A stretch of 64,000 nt of DNA, from positions 744,001 to 808,000 of the forward strand of contig CP120458.1 in assembly GCA_034226945.1 (NCBI GenBank), in the 5' to 3' direction. Source of the stretch: Picochlorum sp. SENEW3. Taxonomy: Eukaryota. A program made the translations under genes and the position numbers. Below are positions 48,790 through 62,519 of this stretch, in pieces. The notes beneath the pieces were generated by a model. The model was not told the DNA's origin. It saw only the letters and a program-made list of their open reading frames with translations, and searched no databases. Positions within the stretch are counted from its first letter, which is position 1; each line of letters opens with the position of its first letter.

Positions 48790-51700
48790 CTAGTCCATCG
48801 TCCACAAATTGCCCTTCTTATGGACAAGCAGCTGGCAGGTCTCGCCCGTGGTCAGGTCCCTGCTAAAAAAGATTTGCTCGCGTATATCATGTGTCTGTAT
48901 GAAGAAAGTGCGATCGTTTGGGTCAGGTGAGACGACCTGGAGGCCACTGAGATGCTTATGTTCTCCAAGATGCTGAAGTCTCTTGACTTCAATGAAAAGT
49001 TCTGAACCATGATCGAACTGCAAGTGTATTACGTGTAGAATGATGTATTTTGAATTTATCTTGGAAGATAGACATAGTACAGTACTTACCTGCATCGTGA
49101 CGATGCTCTGTATCCTGCCAAACACCTCTCCTGGTGTGCTTTCTGTCTGGAAAATGACACCACAATTCGACGTCTTTGACTTTGAATTAGAGTGTTCCTC
49201 TGTCTCAAATATCCTTTTCCCTACAGTAAAAGATTTGTAAAAATATGCCTCAGTTGGTTGGATACCCACAATGCCCATCTCTCTCCCTGTGAAGTTCTCA
49301 GGATCTTCTCCTATGCAAAATTCATCATGCCATTCCCAGAAAGTGTCGGCGTCTTCGCAGCCAACCTTTTCGACGGCGGTAGAAAATTCCTTCCAATGCT
49401 CACATATGTATCTCTGTACATCCGCGAGGGGATAACCGTTGTCATCAAGCCGTCTTCTCTTGGGTGGACCTCTGATGACAATGCCTTCTTCCCCGTTTGG
49501 GAGAGATGAACCTGTATCTGGAAGATCCGCGTGATTACATGCAGTGCGCGAAAGGAAGCGCAAGCTTTCTTCGTAACACTGTCGATGCATGATGCACGCT
49601 CCTGGGAGAAATCTATTGAACGTTTTCCTTTTCAAATTTCCCAGCTTGCTTTCTGTCCCATATGCCCAGGTTTCTCGAATGGGTCCCAGATATTTTACTT
49701 GCCTTGGAAAATGGCCCATGCTGTGTATTGCGAGTGTCATATACTTTGGGTCGACGCACTTTTCTAGGTCACAGATGGCTTCCCATATCTGTGTTTCGAT
49801 GCCATCCAAGTCCTGCAGCAAACAGAAGGTATCATTGTGAAACAATAGGAGATCCAGAGCAGAACAAGAGACATACTAGGTGTCGTATCTTATCGGACAG
49901 TAACTTCTCCAAATTGAAGAACAGTTTATGCACAGCATCAACATAATCTTGCTGAATGCCCGCTGCCATAAGGGCACTTGTCATCACCCCAGTCAGTGCA
50001 AAGTCTTTGTACTGCTGTGCCCTCTTTTTTGTCAGTGGTGGTTCGTCACTGTTCGATGATTCGACAGCCTGAAAAAATCTGTCAAAAGTTGATCGTACTG
50101 TAGAATTTGGTTTGATATCTTTCAGGTACTGCCTGATTGATGCCTTTTGTTCAGCATCCATCATTTCAAATGCAATTTTCTCCAGTCTCTTCACTGCAGC
50201 AGTTTGTAAGGTAACTCGTAAAAAACTGTCTAATCAATCCATTTTTTTGATAAAATGTTTCAATACGCTCACCTGTATTAGCGAGACAATGCATAAAGCA
50301 GAGCACATGCCCCACAGATAGATCATAGTATGGCAGTCGTGCAAATTCAGACTTCCCTTGCACCCCCATAAAAACTGTTTCCTTTGACAGATCTGGGCAT
50401 CTTTCCAATTCATCCATCCTCTTCCGAATAAACTCATCATCTTTTATTATTATCTGATGTACGAGAGGCGAGCCATCACCCTCTGCGAGTCGGTATGGAT
50501 GGTCCAAAGGCAATAGATGAGTGTGACCAAAGTAGTGCACACCATTTGCTTGTTGCCCGTGTATCGTGCAAAGTCTACAGCCGTGATAATGACCAGCTTC
50601 GGATTGCATAGAGCACGCTTTTGATGCTCTACCATCTTGTAAGCAGCAGGTGCATGCGCCCTTGATCAGGACCTTATCACTTCTTCCTGCATGATTCAAC
50701 TCCCATCCTTTCTCCCACAACTCCAGTAGTTCATCTACAATTGGCTGTATGTACTGCTGCAATTTGGCACCTGGCTCCTTGGGACCATCTATAAGCGTTA
50801 AAATATGCAAATTTTCTTCTCGCATTCTCACCTCTGGTGGTAGATTGAAACAGACGAGTATCACTGCAAACAAAGTATAAGCAACCCCATCAAAAGGTTG
50901 GAATCCGTCAGCAAATATCCCAAGATGGATAGGGATATGGTCGTCCGAGTAAAAGAAATTCGGGTATCTTTTCGATAGCGATTGGTACATTTGCCCATGA
51001 AAGATGGATGACATGTAATCATTGCTACCAGCACTGCCAGTGTCTTTCCAGTATTTCTGATTACTCTCCTCCACCAGCTGGCAAAAGACGGGGTCCAAGA
51101 ACTTTCTGGTAAGATAATTTTTTATCGAGTCTCGCCGTATACCTATTTTCAAGGTTGAATCGCATGTGTCATTGCCGGGACCATCGCTATGGCAGCACCT
51201 TGTGCCCCTTGCATTGTGAGGCTGGGGTGGATGATGTTTGTCACATGTAACCTCCAGCAGAAATCGCAGACCCATCCTGTGAACTAGGGAGCGCAAGTCT
51301 TTGCCAGTGGGATATCGTGGGTTGTGGGTCGAGCAGTAGTCAAACAATTCCCAGACGCTGCCAATTGGAGTAGCTCTCTTCAAGCAGAAGCCTAGGAGAT
51401 CTCTGACATCCTCACCAATAGTTCCTCCACTATCTTCAAACAATGGCTGTGAGCAGTACAGTCTCCATTCTTCCAAATTACATGCCATGTCAACAAGATG
51501 ACTTTGCTCGACTGCAGTGCCATAAACCTCCTTCTCTGTCCTCTTCTGTGCAAATGCATCGGCTGCACATTCAAGCTGCTTCTCTAGATCCATTCCTTCT
51601 CCTTCCTCTTGTTCTTCTTCTTCCTCCTCCTCTCCCTCTTGTTCTTCTTCTTCTTCCTCCGCTGGACCGCTACCTCTCTCAGTAGCATCCTCTTCATCAG

Positions 51701-52109
51701 GCATCTTCCCGTTCGTAGCTATGGTGAAATTCATGGTTTGAAGCCCTGTTTGCTTCTCATTATCTGGGATCCAATCGCTGTCATCTTTGGCATCAACTAT
51801 ATCAGGACCATCAATGTGAAAGTCCATGTCGATGTTGCTTTCTTCAAGGCAACTGGAGCGTGGATTTCTTCTTCTTCTTCTGGATACACTGTAGTTAACA
51901 ATGTCTTCAGAGACATGCTCCAATTTTGGGCGAGTAACTGGGTCAGACTTGCCTTGCTTCTTCATGGTATATTCCAGAGTTCTATAATGGCTTGTCATGG
52001 TTGAATATGGGATGTATTCGTCACCATAACATGTTCCTGGCTTCTCTCTACCCCATATCCTGCACTTCTCCAAAGTGCATTTGCACTTGCCCGCTTCAAC
52101 AATATTCAT
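48790..52109 (-). CDS. EnSpm/CACTA-type transposase (spliced)
   Basis: ADGFQPF, NLPPEVR, DGPKEP, IVDELLELW, QDGRA, CRLC, FMHCL, HSMGHF..LGPI..WAYGTE; ORF breaks coincide with plausible GT-AG introns. Confidence 0.88.
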
Positions 52110-52327
52110 GTTCCAGTGGTAGCAGCATATAAATATACAAAAACTCTAGGTATTAAATATAAGTGTGATTTTGTATTGGCGGGATTCCATGAGGCCCGAC
52201 CCTGATCCCAGTGAGATTTGAATTTTGAACGAGATAACAACGGCCGGTCGTGTTGCATCCGATGTCTCCATAAACACAGCTGTTTTTGAGGATTGTTTAT
52301 TCATGTTTACTATTTGAACTATGAAGA

Positions 52328-54496
52328 ATGTCTCAAAAACTCAGCGACTGTAGATCAGAGGGAATTTTCATTGCTCGACACCTGTTGGATTACGGTGACT
52401 GGCAAGCGAAATGCGAGAACGTATTGCAAGTATTCGGCAGACGTCCCGTTATTATTGCTATTGAGGAACTTCGAAGGCGTTCAGAAGAAGCTGAGTTGGA
52501 CTCTACCGAGCGAGGGCGCATTGAGGAAATCGTAGGAACCCTTGACAATTTAGCAGACGCGGTCTTCTTTGAGGGAAACCAGCCAGCCAAATTTGGTAGG
52601 AATACTCCTCGACCTGTGCAAGTAGCGCAACCCTCGGCGAACAGTAATTTCACGTTTTCTAGCAAAGGAAAAAGTCGCTTGACTGGCACCACTGGCCCAC
52701 AAGACACACTTCGAGATGAATCTGATAGGGTGGAGGATGTGCGTCTGTTTTTAATGCTACAAGTGATAAAATACAACATGTACTTGACTTCGTTGGTTTT
52801 CTTCATCGTTTTGTAGGAGATCATGCGGAGAGTTAGGAGAAGAGTGGTCTCGTATCTCGGGAGCAATGGAAACTATGATCCAGAGACGAGGCAACTGAGT
52901 AGAAATGTCAAGGAGGTTCTCCGCCCAAGAGACTATGATGCCGAAATCATCAATAAGATTCATGTTCCATTTCGTCCAAAGGCGTGTGATGATGTTGATT
53001 GTATGCAGAAAAAGGTTGGCAGGTGAGATTAATTGGATTGGTCGTCAAGTTTTCTCTTACCAATTAACTAAGGTCATCACCTGCATGCAGCATTCTGGAG
53101 AGTTTGCGGAAGTCCTTGGAGGGGTCTCAGGCACGAAAGACATTTTTCGAAGTATACTGCAGCACATTTCCACGCAGCGACCCTTGTGGGATCAAGGAAA
53201 CCCATGGGAGCCTGCAGGATACACCACGTCCTGAGAATGAGATGTGTCGAACTGCACTCCCAAGGCCCCATGGAATAATAACATCATACAAAATTATAGC
53301 GGCAGATAAAGAAGAAGAAAAGTTTTATTCCATAGGGGAGTGTCAGATCGCCTGCGCACACCATGGAGACCACCCTTGTTCATGCCCAATGGGCCAAGTG
53401 TCCATAGTAGTCACCAAGGTCAACGAGGAGACTGAGGATCATAACATGGAAACAGACACTTTTGATCTTACCGAAGAAGATAAGATTGGCATCCCGTCGA
53501 GAGGTATCCAAGTGAATCAGACCCTGCAGTACGTGCATCCACATTGACTCAGTCACCGTGCTTTTTCCCAATCCAAACTTGTTATGCTGAGTCGTATCCA
53601 TGACATGCAGATGGCCAGAGAAGATGTCAAGCCATATCATTGAAACCAGAGCTCAAGCCCAAGAGAGGGAAAAGATGGAAATTGTTGCAACTAAAAAGAT
53701 ACAGGAAATGACCGGAGTGTTGAACAAGATCAAAGCAATGTATACTGGGCTCTCCAGAAGGGCGGAAAACCCCCAAATCACGATTGCTGCGTTGAACAAA
53801 TTTCTTGAGGATTTTGAGAAAAATAAAATGATCAAGGTGGAAGAATATCGCGGCAATATTGACCGCATCTGTGTCGAGTTCTTGGGACAAAACTATGATG
53901 ACAGATTTAACAAGGAAGCAAATCAGGTTCGCGAGAACGCTCACATTCTTCAATCGCAGATAATCTTGGAGATGTCGGGTCTATACGATGTTTTCAAAAG
54001 GAAGCAAGAAGAAAAGAAACAGGAAGAGGAAAGGAGAGAAGCAGCAAAAACTAAACAGATTGAAAATACTCCTTCTAATGTCGACCCAATCGCCATATTC
54101 GACCTTAAGGATTGCATTGATGAAAGGTCTAGCGAAGAAAAATCATTCTTAATTAGAGCGGAGGCGTTTGAGAACGCCCTTGAAGTTGAGAACATGTGTA
54201 GCATTAGAGGGCGTATACAAGATGACAAACTCCAACAGAGGTTGGGTGAGATTGAGAAGCGCCTATCATTTGCTGGAGACTTATCAGAAACGGTAAATAG
54301 AATTTCTCAGCGATACAAGGCCTCTCAGAAGATAAAAGACAATAAAGAGGCGACCAATACTGCCAAGTCGAAGTGCAATGCTCTACTCAAGAAGTTCAAA
54401 GCTAGTCTAAGAAAGAGGCAACAGAATGCCAAGAAGAGGGAACTCCAAGAGGAAGACATCAAATCAGGAAAGAGACCAAAAACGTATAGACTCTAG
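52328..54496 (+). CDS. Accessory protein of the CMC element (multi-exon; Cys/His cluster, coiled coil, basic C-terminus)
   Basis: Chain of ORFs separated by short GT-AG intervals (for example ~52763-52816) inside the TIRs; exon boundaries approximate. Confidence 0.55.
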
Positions 54497-55914
54497 TATT
54501 TGCTTCATGTTATGGACGTTCAGGATATATATATACCACGCTGGTACCTCCATGGAGCAGGCTGAATACATTTGGCCAGCTTCCACTCTGTTCCCATGCT
54601 GCAGAAATTTCACGAAGGTAGTCGTCAGAACTCGATTTTTTGGGCTTGCCACAGGATGCATCCGAGTGAAATGTATACTCTAAACAAGTTGATGTGAGCC
54701 TTTGTGTGAAGGGGTGAATTTTTGACGACTACCTCGGTGAAATTAATGGCAAGGTTTCATGGCACCTTATGAGCACGCAAGTCGTCCGCCCTGTCCATTT
54801 CAATTTTCTTGTTTATTTTCGGTGCGTAAAACTATGTCAATTATTTATATTAAAGTACGTTTTATAGTTTCTAGACTGTAATTATGGGCATGTACGCCTA
54901 TTGACCTTCCTGTTGGACCAACTAACTCACGCACAGTCACTGTTCCTCCGTGCAGTTTTCCATGTAAAGGCTGGACCGCAAGTGTAAATATAAGGTAAGT
55001 ATTTACTATTCTGATAATTGAGTTCATAGGGCTTGTCGTATGAGACTTCTTGACCAATACTGACGTATCGATTGTGCTCGCAGGTTGTTGCAAGGCAGGA
55101 GTCAAGCAAAGGCCCGATTCCTCACCTTGCAAAGGATCAATGATAAATATATTTAATATATATTAAATTGTATATCAATTACATGTGTAATATAGAGCAA
55201 TCGAATGCAAACCGAGCCCCGAAAGGGCCTGGGTGCTAGCCTGGCAAGGAAAAGGTTTCAGCTACCCAGCCGAGCCTGGCGAGCCCGGAGCGATTCCAGA
55301 GTTGAGAAGTTGCATATCCCCGTTTTGCTCCAGACTTCTCATATAGATTCGTGCTGATATTATGATCAATATGGAGCAGACGAGAGGTTAAAATTCTCTC
55401 GTATGTTCAAGTTATCGCGAAACTTCGTCGAGCGATGCTACCTGGAAATCCCGGTCGGCCGTCGTAGGGATAAGCCGGATCACCGCCGTGTTTCCAAACC
55501 CCATTCTGAAAATATGGCGGCATTCCCGCTTAGACAATCACCAACCGTCATGAAGCCCGTTGGCCATCCACAAGCACCATAACCTTTATATCATGTGTAC
55601 CAAATCAATACACTATATATAAGAATATATAAAATTGCCATCCAAGCGTCGAAATATGCTTGTGGCACGTTCTGGACTGCTCCATCCGAGCCCAACCGTC
55701 AAAGTCAGAAGAAGCGCTGAGATGCCGTGTTTGCCTTCCAACACTATATCAGGGATATACTATAAATATATGTGCAACAAGTAACCTATTGCTGCATTAT
55801 TTGCAGCGCAATGCTCTCGTTGTCAGGGTCGCACTTCCAGGTGAGTCGGTTGGCTGTTAGTTCTGTGTGCGATCTGGATCAGTAGACGTTTTTACATTCT
55901 TCGTTGTAGAGTTA

Positions 55915-58802
55915 TTATTCTTCAATCACCATGTCCTCGTATTGCGCCACAGAATTGCTGGGGTTGGGGTTCCTGTGCCAGCTTGGTTGAGGAGGGATGT
56001 AGGCCATATTGGCATTGAATGCAGGGGCTGGATTGGTATTCTGGTTCCGACACTCGTTGATGCCAATCTCCTGCAATTGTCGGATGCCCTGCATGAATGT
56101 CTGATGGAGCTCCATGAACCGGCCATCAAGATGTCGGGGCAATTCGTCGAGGATCGAGGATGCGACTCTCTGGTCGTTGTTGAACTGTATTTTGGTCAGC
56201 ATCCTAGGGTCCGTGATTTGCCGTCTTCCAAGCGTCAAGATGTCGCAGCTTGAGCCATGGCTTGGTGCGGGAAAGGCCTGAACTAAGGCTCGTTCCCACT
56301 CCGCGTTGACATGAGTGTCGTTCCTGATCTGGACAGATTTCTGGAGTTTCTCCGCAGGATCCATATCGTCTTCATCCGTAGCGCCTAACGCTATGACATG
56401 TGGACATGTGCCGAAGAAGGAAAAGCAATGACACGTGCACGTTTTGTAGTACATGTTGACAAAGTACTTTCTGCGTGGTTTTGGTCCCAGGTGGTAAAAG
56501 CACACTGGCAAGCATTGATACACCGTGTTGTCCTCATCAATCTCGACATCGGACAATTCCACATGATGGTCTTCTGCACCATGAAACGGAGCTGGTGTCG
56601 CCATCTTCTGGACATACTCGTGTTGGCGGCTTTTCACGACAGACGCCACCTTTCTCACCATCTCGTAGGTGATGGGGTACTTTTTCATGGCAGCTTCGAC
56701 ATGCATACAAATGTCGTCGTCGTTGTCATCACAAGTGCAGCTGAGGTCTCCGGTACAGCAGTAGAACATCTGATTATCCACATTGAATTTGATGAGGCAC
56801 GAGTCGCTGAGGGACCCCTGGCCAGTGGCACAATAGGGCTGCATGGTTCTGCCACACGTGTCGACACCTGTCAAATGCTTGTTTTGGTTCACTCGCGCAT
56901 TGGCCTTTTCGGCCCCTTGTAATCGCTTCTGCAGTCGATCAAGGTATCGTGGTGTTACTTCGTCGAGGAATTTTAGGATGAGGCTATCTCTGCGACCCAG
57001 TCTCTCCCTGTCAAGGAACTCTTCTTGGACAGTCCTGAAGAGCCGCTCAATCAGATTGTTGGTGTTTGATTTCAAGAAGGCAATGTGTTTCCTTCCATAT
57101 TGAGACCACCGATCGCTGATTGTCATCCAATTTTTGATGAAATATTCCTTCATCTCGGCCAGGTTTTCATTCTCCAGGAAGGTCATGAATTCATATGCCA
57201 CAGAATCAAAGGCACCCTCGTCCTTGACGAGCCTGAGCTTGTTGACATATCTGAAGATTGTGTTTCGGTTGGATTTGTCGCGATCACTGCGTCCAGACAC
57301 GCCACTGCCGTGGCTTTTCATTTTGCGCCCGATGCTCTGCATGAAATGGAAAGCACACAGGACCCAGAAGCAGTTGAGCTGGTCCAAAGCAGAGATGCAG
57401 CATGTGGATTTGTCAATCATGAAGGTGATGTCATCGATCTGTACATCACATGCATCTACAACGGCTCTGATGAATTTTTTCCATTTGGTGGAATCCTCGC
57501 CCCCCGAGCATATGCAGTAGGCCACTGGGAAGCCCATGCCATATGGATCTCGCACCAGGAGAGCCAATGTCACATCACCTTTTCGATTCAGGCAATGCAC
57601 AGCATCAGCGAACACCATTGTATGGCAGGCTTTCATCACCTTTCTTTGCTCTGGGCTGCAAATGGCGATCTGCACATCGTCGCCTCGCTCAAAGTATAGA
57701 AAGTGTTCGCGGTGTTGATTGTACAGAGCCTCGCAAGCATCCAGGTCGTTCCCGGAGGCCTGTCGCTTGTTGTATGCTTTTTTGACTCTAATTGCCATCG
57801 TCTTATTCAAGAGATGTCGTTCCTCAACCGTGAGATCATGCCGGGTGGCACCTGTCTGATACTTGATAACGTTGACAGCCTTTGCAGGTTTGAATCCAAG
57901 GTCGTACAGGTCATCCAATGCCCTCTTCAGTCGAGGTGTCTCAGGCTCGTGGTAATCTCCAGAACCCGGTTCGTGATTTGTGTGGGTCTGAAGTGCCTCA
58001 GCGTAGATGGCATCCTCGTATCGAAACTTTGTGAGGCGGGTTCTGTATTCGCAGTTGACTTTCTTTCCTTGCTTGCTTGTTGCCGGCACTGCTTTCTGCT
58101 GTCCCCTTGAGCAAGTCGGTACAGCAATGGTCTCCGTCGGCTTTTGCAATGCCACTTATGTTTCGGAGCGTTCATTGGCTCGACGCTCGCAGGTCTTGCC
58201 AAAGAACGGGTCGGAATGGACACAAGAAGCCAACCATGCCACATAGTCCTGATGCCCCGCTTCCTTCCTCTTCCGCTCCAAGATGTCAAGGGTATCGTCA
58301 CCTGGCACCAAACTCTCGTTACCTGGATGGCGAAAGTGGTGATGATGGATCAGCAAGGGCATCGAATTGAAGTTGTTCGTGAGATCGTACCTTTGCTACA
58401 TTTGTGAACCAGTCTGCTCTTCTCCGCTGTCTCAAACAGCTTTTTGATCTCGCAAAAGGTCAGATTTTCGAATTTGTAAATGATCCTGCGCGGAATGTTC
58501 GCATTATCATAATCTGAAGGTTGATGAGATACATACTGTTCGTTGTCGAGCAACAAAAATCTCGTATACTTTAATTTCACGTCAATCTGTGTTGTCTCCA
58601 TGCTGGGATATTCTTCTTGCACAGCCACGGTGCACATCAAGGAGGTTCTCGGACCATCCTCGATGACAGCATTCACGACACCACAAGACCCGTCTGGAAT
58701 GGATAGTTTGTTGGAATTACCAGCACCGTACACCACCACTCGCTGCCCAATTTTTGTTGGATGAATAGGAAAACGCACTGGCGGGCATGCAAACACTCCC
58801 AT
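55915..58802 (-). pseudogene. MULE (MuDR-type) transposase with SWIM zinc fingers; N-terminus interrupted
   Basis: FADAVH, GFPVAY, FMIDKS, LCAFH, TNNLIERLF, CTC..CMHV and CTC..CPHV in ORF 55915-58155; upstream pieces 58156-58362 and 58350-58802 are separated by a stop and a frameshift. Confidence 0.88.
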
Positions 58803-60601
58803 TATTTCTTTTGTGTCTTCTGTCGGAGAGGATTCTGTACCAGAGTCAGAACGGTGGTGCCGAATTCCTGAGCCAAGACCAAGTGGGTTGGATCGATGGC
58901 ATCTCGTCTGAACTGCGCCTCCCTTCGTCCTTGGCCGACTACGACATGACCAAAAATGATTTTGCCGACTATATGGAGAGGGTCATTCTGCCCAAACTCC
59001 GCTCGTCGTTCTTGTTCGTTGCTCCGAGGAGAAGCAACGATGCAGAGGCCCCATGGGGAAAGCGAATCCAGGTGCCGTCCGTCCTCCCCCTGGCAAAGAA
59101 GAGGGCCTGTCATATCAGCATTCCGACTGTGGCTATCACCGGTCTCGCAGAGGGCCTGGCACAGGAGAGTAGTGACATTGCTAAAGCGATACATGGCCCC
59201 CGGGAGACACTGCACGAGGCACGGCAAAGGGTGAAATCAATCGAGTCGAGAATCGTGGACATGGACAAAGAAAACTGGTTGACCGACGAGCAACAGAAGG
59301 TTAAACAGGAACTTGAAGATAATAAGAAAAAAAGCAAGCTCGAATTTGAGCAGACCCCGACCGGAAAGCGGCACCGGTATAAGATGTCTGACGAGGAAAC
59401 CAAGCTGTGCAAGGAATTGACAGACAGGAAGAACGCGTTATTGAATGGCAGCCAAGAGTACGTGGATGCTCGAGAAGAAGTGACAAAAGCCGAGTTGCGG
59501 TATCAAGAGTGCTGTTGGACGGCCCTGTTCAATATCAAAGTCAGCAGGTGCCAGGACGGACACCAGTGGCTGTTTGGAGGGCAGCTGTCCACGGACGGTG
59601 TCGACGTGTCGATGCAGTATTATCGTCTGAAGACGGACGACGAAATTCGTGCCGACGAGGAGGAAAAGGAAAGGATAAAGGCCAGGGCGGCGGAGAAGGC
59701 GATAGAGTCTTCGACAGCAAAGCCGAGGAAGCGAAAACGAACGAGTAGGGCGGGGCCAGGCACCCCGCAATCCTCGAATGTCTCCAGTCGAGGGAACCTG
59801 GACAGAGCAAAAGACCTGCTGGCCGCATCGCCCGACAACGCATGGGTCTTCGATCCAGGGCCCGATGGCCACGTGGGCATCAAGCTGGAGCAGGGCAAGA
59901 TGAGGGAGCTCTGCCAGGAGAACAAGCGACACGGGGACTACGAACCGTTCGAGACGATGAGCCTGACCAACCACGAGATGCAGTCGCGTGCGGGCATCCT
60001 CAAGCGAAAGGCGCTGGAACGGGCGTGGTCGCAGGCCAGGCCAGGCATCGGGGCATGGAAACAGGAGGCACCCACCAGAAAGGTCGGAACAGCAAGGGAT
60101 ATGCTGGCATTCTGCAGAACGACCAATAGCCACCTGAACACGGTGTATGGATTTTATTCCCAGAACTGTTTCCGGAGGCAAAGGTTCTCTGTGTACACGA
60201 GGACGCAACGAATGCTGGACTCCATGGTTGAACGGATCTGCGGGACGAAGGACAGGGAGGCTCAGAGCAAGACCGTGGTTGTGTTTGGGGACGCCTCGAT
60301 CAACTCGGGGAAACACGGAAAACAGAGGATCTGCTTTCGGGCCCTCAAGGACCTGCTGCGGCAGAGGTGCTGTTTCATCGAGATTGGCGAGTTCCGAAGT
60401 AGCCAATACTGCTGTGCCTGCCATGCCAAATTGGAGGACCCCCCCGCGGTGGGGCTTCACAAGCGCTGGAAAGTACGCCGTTGTATGAACAATGGATGTG
60501 AGCGTGCTTTCTGGCAACGAGACGTGAATGCAGCCATCAATCTCGCCAAGTTTTTCCTGTGGGAACTCAACGGCGAAGAGAAACCAACATGGTTTATATG
60601 A
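58787..60601 (+). CDS. Fanzor1 (eukaryotic TnpB-like RNA-guided RuvC nuclease), probably N-terminally truncated
   Basis: [17 protein letters not shown], RuvC-I FDPG, VVVFGD, RuvC-II GEFRSS, zinc finger CCAC...CMNNGC, Ruv[15 protein letters not shown], terminal KPTWF. Confidence 0.9.
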   Translation: MQTLPLFLLCLLSERILYQSQNGGAEFLSQDQVGWIDGISSELRLPSSLADYDMTKNDFADYMERVILPKLRSSFLFVAPRRSNDAEAPWGKRIQVPSVLPLAKKRACHISIPTVAITGLAEGLAQESSDIAKAIHGPRETLHEARQRVKSIESRIVDMDKENWLTDEQQKVKQELEDNKKKSKLEFEQTPTGKRHRYKMSDEETKLCKELTDRKNALLNGSQEYVDAREEVTKAELRYQECCWTALFNIKVSRCQDGHQWLFGGQLSTDGVDVSMQYYRLKTDDEIRADEEEKERIKARAAEKAIESSTAKPRKRKRTSRAGPGTPQSSNVSSRGNLDRAKDLLAASPDNAWVFDPGPDGHVGIKLEQGKMRELCQENKRHGDYEPFETMSLTNHEMQSRAGILKRKALERAWSQARPGIGAWKQEAPTRKVGTARDMLAFCRTTNSHLNTVYGFYSQNCFRRQRFSVYTRTQRMLDSMVERICGTKDREAQSKTVVVFGDASINSGKHGKQRICFRALKDLLRQRCCFIEIGEFRSSQYCCACHAKLEDPPAVGLHKRWKVRRCMNNGCERAFWQRDVNAAINLAKFFLWELNGEEKPTWFI

Positions 60602-62172
60602 CAGTGCCGTCCTCGATTGTTGCATCCTTGGTGATGACAATCACTCCGTCACGGATCACGTAGCCCTCTTCTTCTCGCATGGCTTCCTGTACATTGTCGA
60701 CATTGACGATACGGCAGAATCTTCCGATTCTTGCATTCTTGTCCACAATGGCACCCTTGATGTGTGTCCCTCTTCCAACTCCAATTGGCATACAATCACT
60801 GAATACCTCACACTCTCCTGACTGTTCGTAATAATCTGCTCCCATCAACAAAGAGTCTTCAATAATACAATCTTTTCCGATCTTTGATCGAAGGCCAACA
60901 ACTGAGTGCAACACCTTGGATCCAGAGTCAACTGTGCATCCATCTCCAATAATCGACTTTTCCACAGTGGCATTGATCACCTTGGAAGGTGGAAGGAATC
61001 TAGACATTGTGTAAATTGGAGCATCTTTATCATAGAAAGAAAAGGCTGGGTTTGGTGTATCGGTCAGTGCCAAGTTGGCATCATAGAATGCCTTGACAGT
61101 TCCAATATCCTCCCAGTAGCCATCATATAAATATGCCTGAACATGCATGCCCATGTCCTTTGCACCTGGGATAATGTCGCTGCCGAAATCGTGTTCCTCT
61201 GTGAAATGCTTTCCCAAAAGATCCTGCAGTGCTGACGCTTTGCAGACGTAGATGCCCATGGATGCAATGTAGGGCTTCTCGATTGCTTGATCCTTGGACA
61301 ACCCCAAGACTGTTGTATCAACCTGCATGGCCTTGAGAGCGTCACCCTTTGGCTTCTCCGCAAACTCCACGATCTTCCCTGTGTCGTCAATCTTCATCAG
61401 ACCGAAAGCTTCTGCTTCCTTCTCTCTGCATGGGAGAGCAGCGACGGTGATGTCTGCACCAGCCTGGCGATGTGCCAGGACAAACTGAGAGTAATCCATT
61501 CTGTACAAATGGTCCCCAGAGAGGATCAAAAAGTCCTCAACTCCATCTCTGCATGCTTCATCAAACAACCACAGATACTGACGGACTGCATCGGCAGTAC
61601 CTTGGAACCATTTCTTGCTAGAAGTCGTCTGGGATGCAGCCAACACTTCAACAAAACCTCTATTGGTATAGCCTCCCACACTGGCATTGTATGCCTGAGA
61701 CAAGTGACGATTCAACGATGCAGAATTGAACTGTGTCAAACAGTAAATTTTATTGACCCCAGAGTTGATGCAATTTGACACGGGGATATCGATCAATCTG
61801 TAGTTTGCACCCAATGGCACAGCAGGCTTGGCACGCTTTTTGGTCAAAGGGTACAGGCGAGATCCAGCTCCTCCTCCAAGAATGATACCGAGGACCGTCT
61901 TTGACATATCATAGATTGTCTTGTCGCTTGGAGATGTAGTAGAAACCTTCTGTCCGGCATCCTCATTCACATCCACGGCAGCTCTGACAGTTGAGCCATG
62001 AATCTGCACAAATACATACACACACAGAGGGGTGAGCAACGTCAGGGTGTCACGGTCAGACTCGACAAAGACATCAGTCACATACATTTTTACGCTGGAA
62101 TGTTTGCCTCTGGTTCACAATAGATCTAGATCGCACATGTTGCCCACGGAATGCGTGAACCGAAGATAGCCC
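60594..62172 (-). CDS. APS1: ADP-glucose pyrophosphorylase small subunit, plastid-targeted (first exon not resolved)
   Basis: [70 protein letters not shown]; intron 62004-62085; Ser/Arg-rich transit-like exon 62086-62172. Confidence 0.95.
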
Positions 62173-62519
62173 TGCACAGCAAGAGGATAAGAACTAGGTA
62201 CGTTGGACCAACCGATGGAACTTTGAGGACTCGAATGGCCCATAAAGCAATAAAAATACTATATTAATGCATTAAAACAGATTCCAATGCCCAGCAGAGT
62301 GCAGTACAGTGAAATATATTTTCGAGGAAGCGACAGATTGACTCGTACCTGAAGACGTGTTTCTTTCGAGTGAAAACTGCATTATGACCGAAATGAACCC
62401 TCTCAAATCGATTATAGTATTTAAATATATATTTGGAAGGAAAGGATGGCCGGATTAATGGCCATCGCGTTGATTGATGATATTGATGCAAACCTGCCAT
62501 GATGATCTTACATCCTGCC

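Larger units (their letters stand above)
48236..55469. mobile_element. Complete CACTA/EnSpm (CMC)-type DNA transposon, 7.2 kb, two divergent genes
   Basis: Perfect 31-bp TIRs ccctacgacggccgaccgggatttccaggta (48236-48266 and 55439-55469); ATA duplicated on both sides. Confidence 0.9.

Noticed and set aside
59438..60640. 400-aa minus-strand ORF
   Set aside because: Antisense shadow of the Fanzor gene; no motifs.
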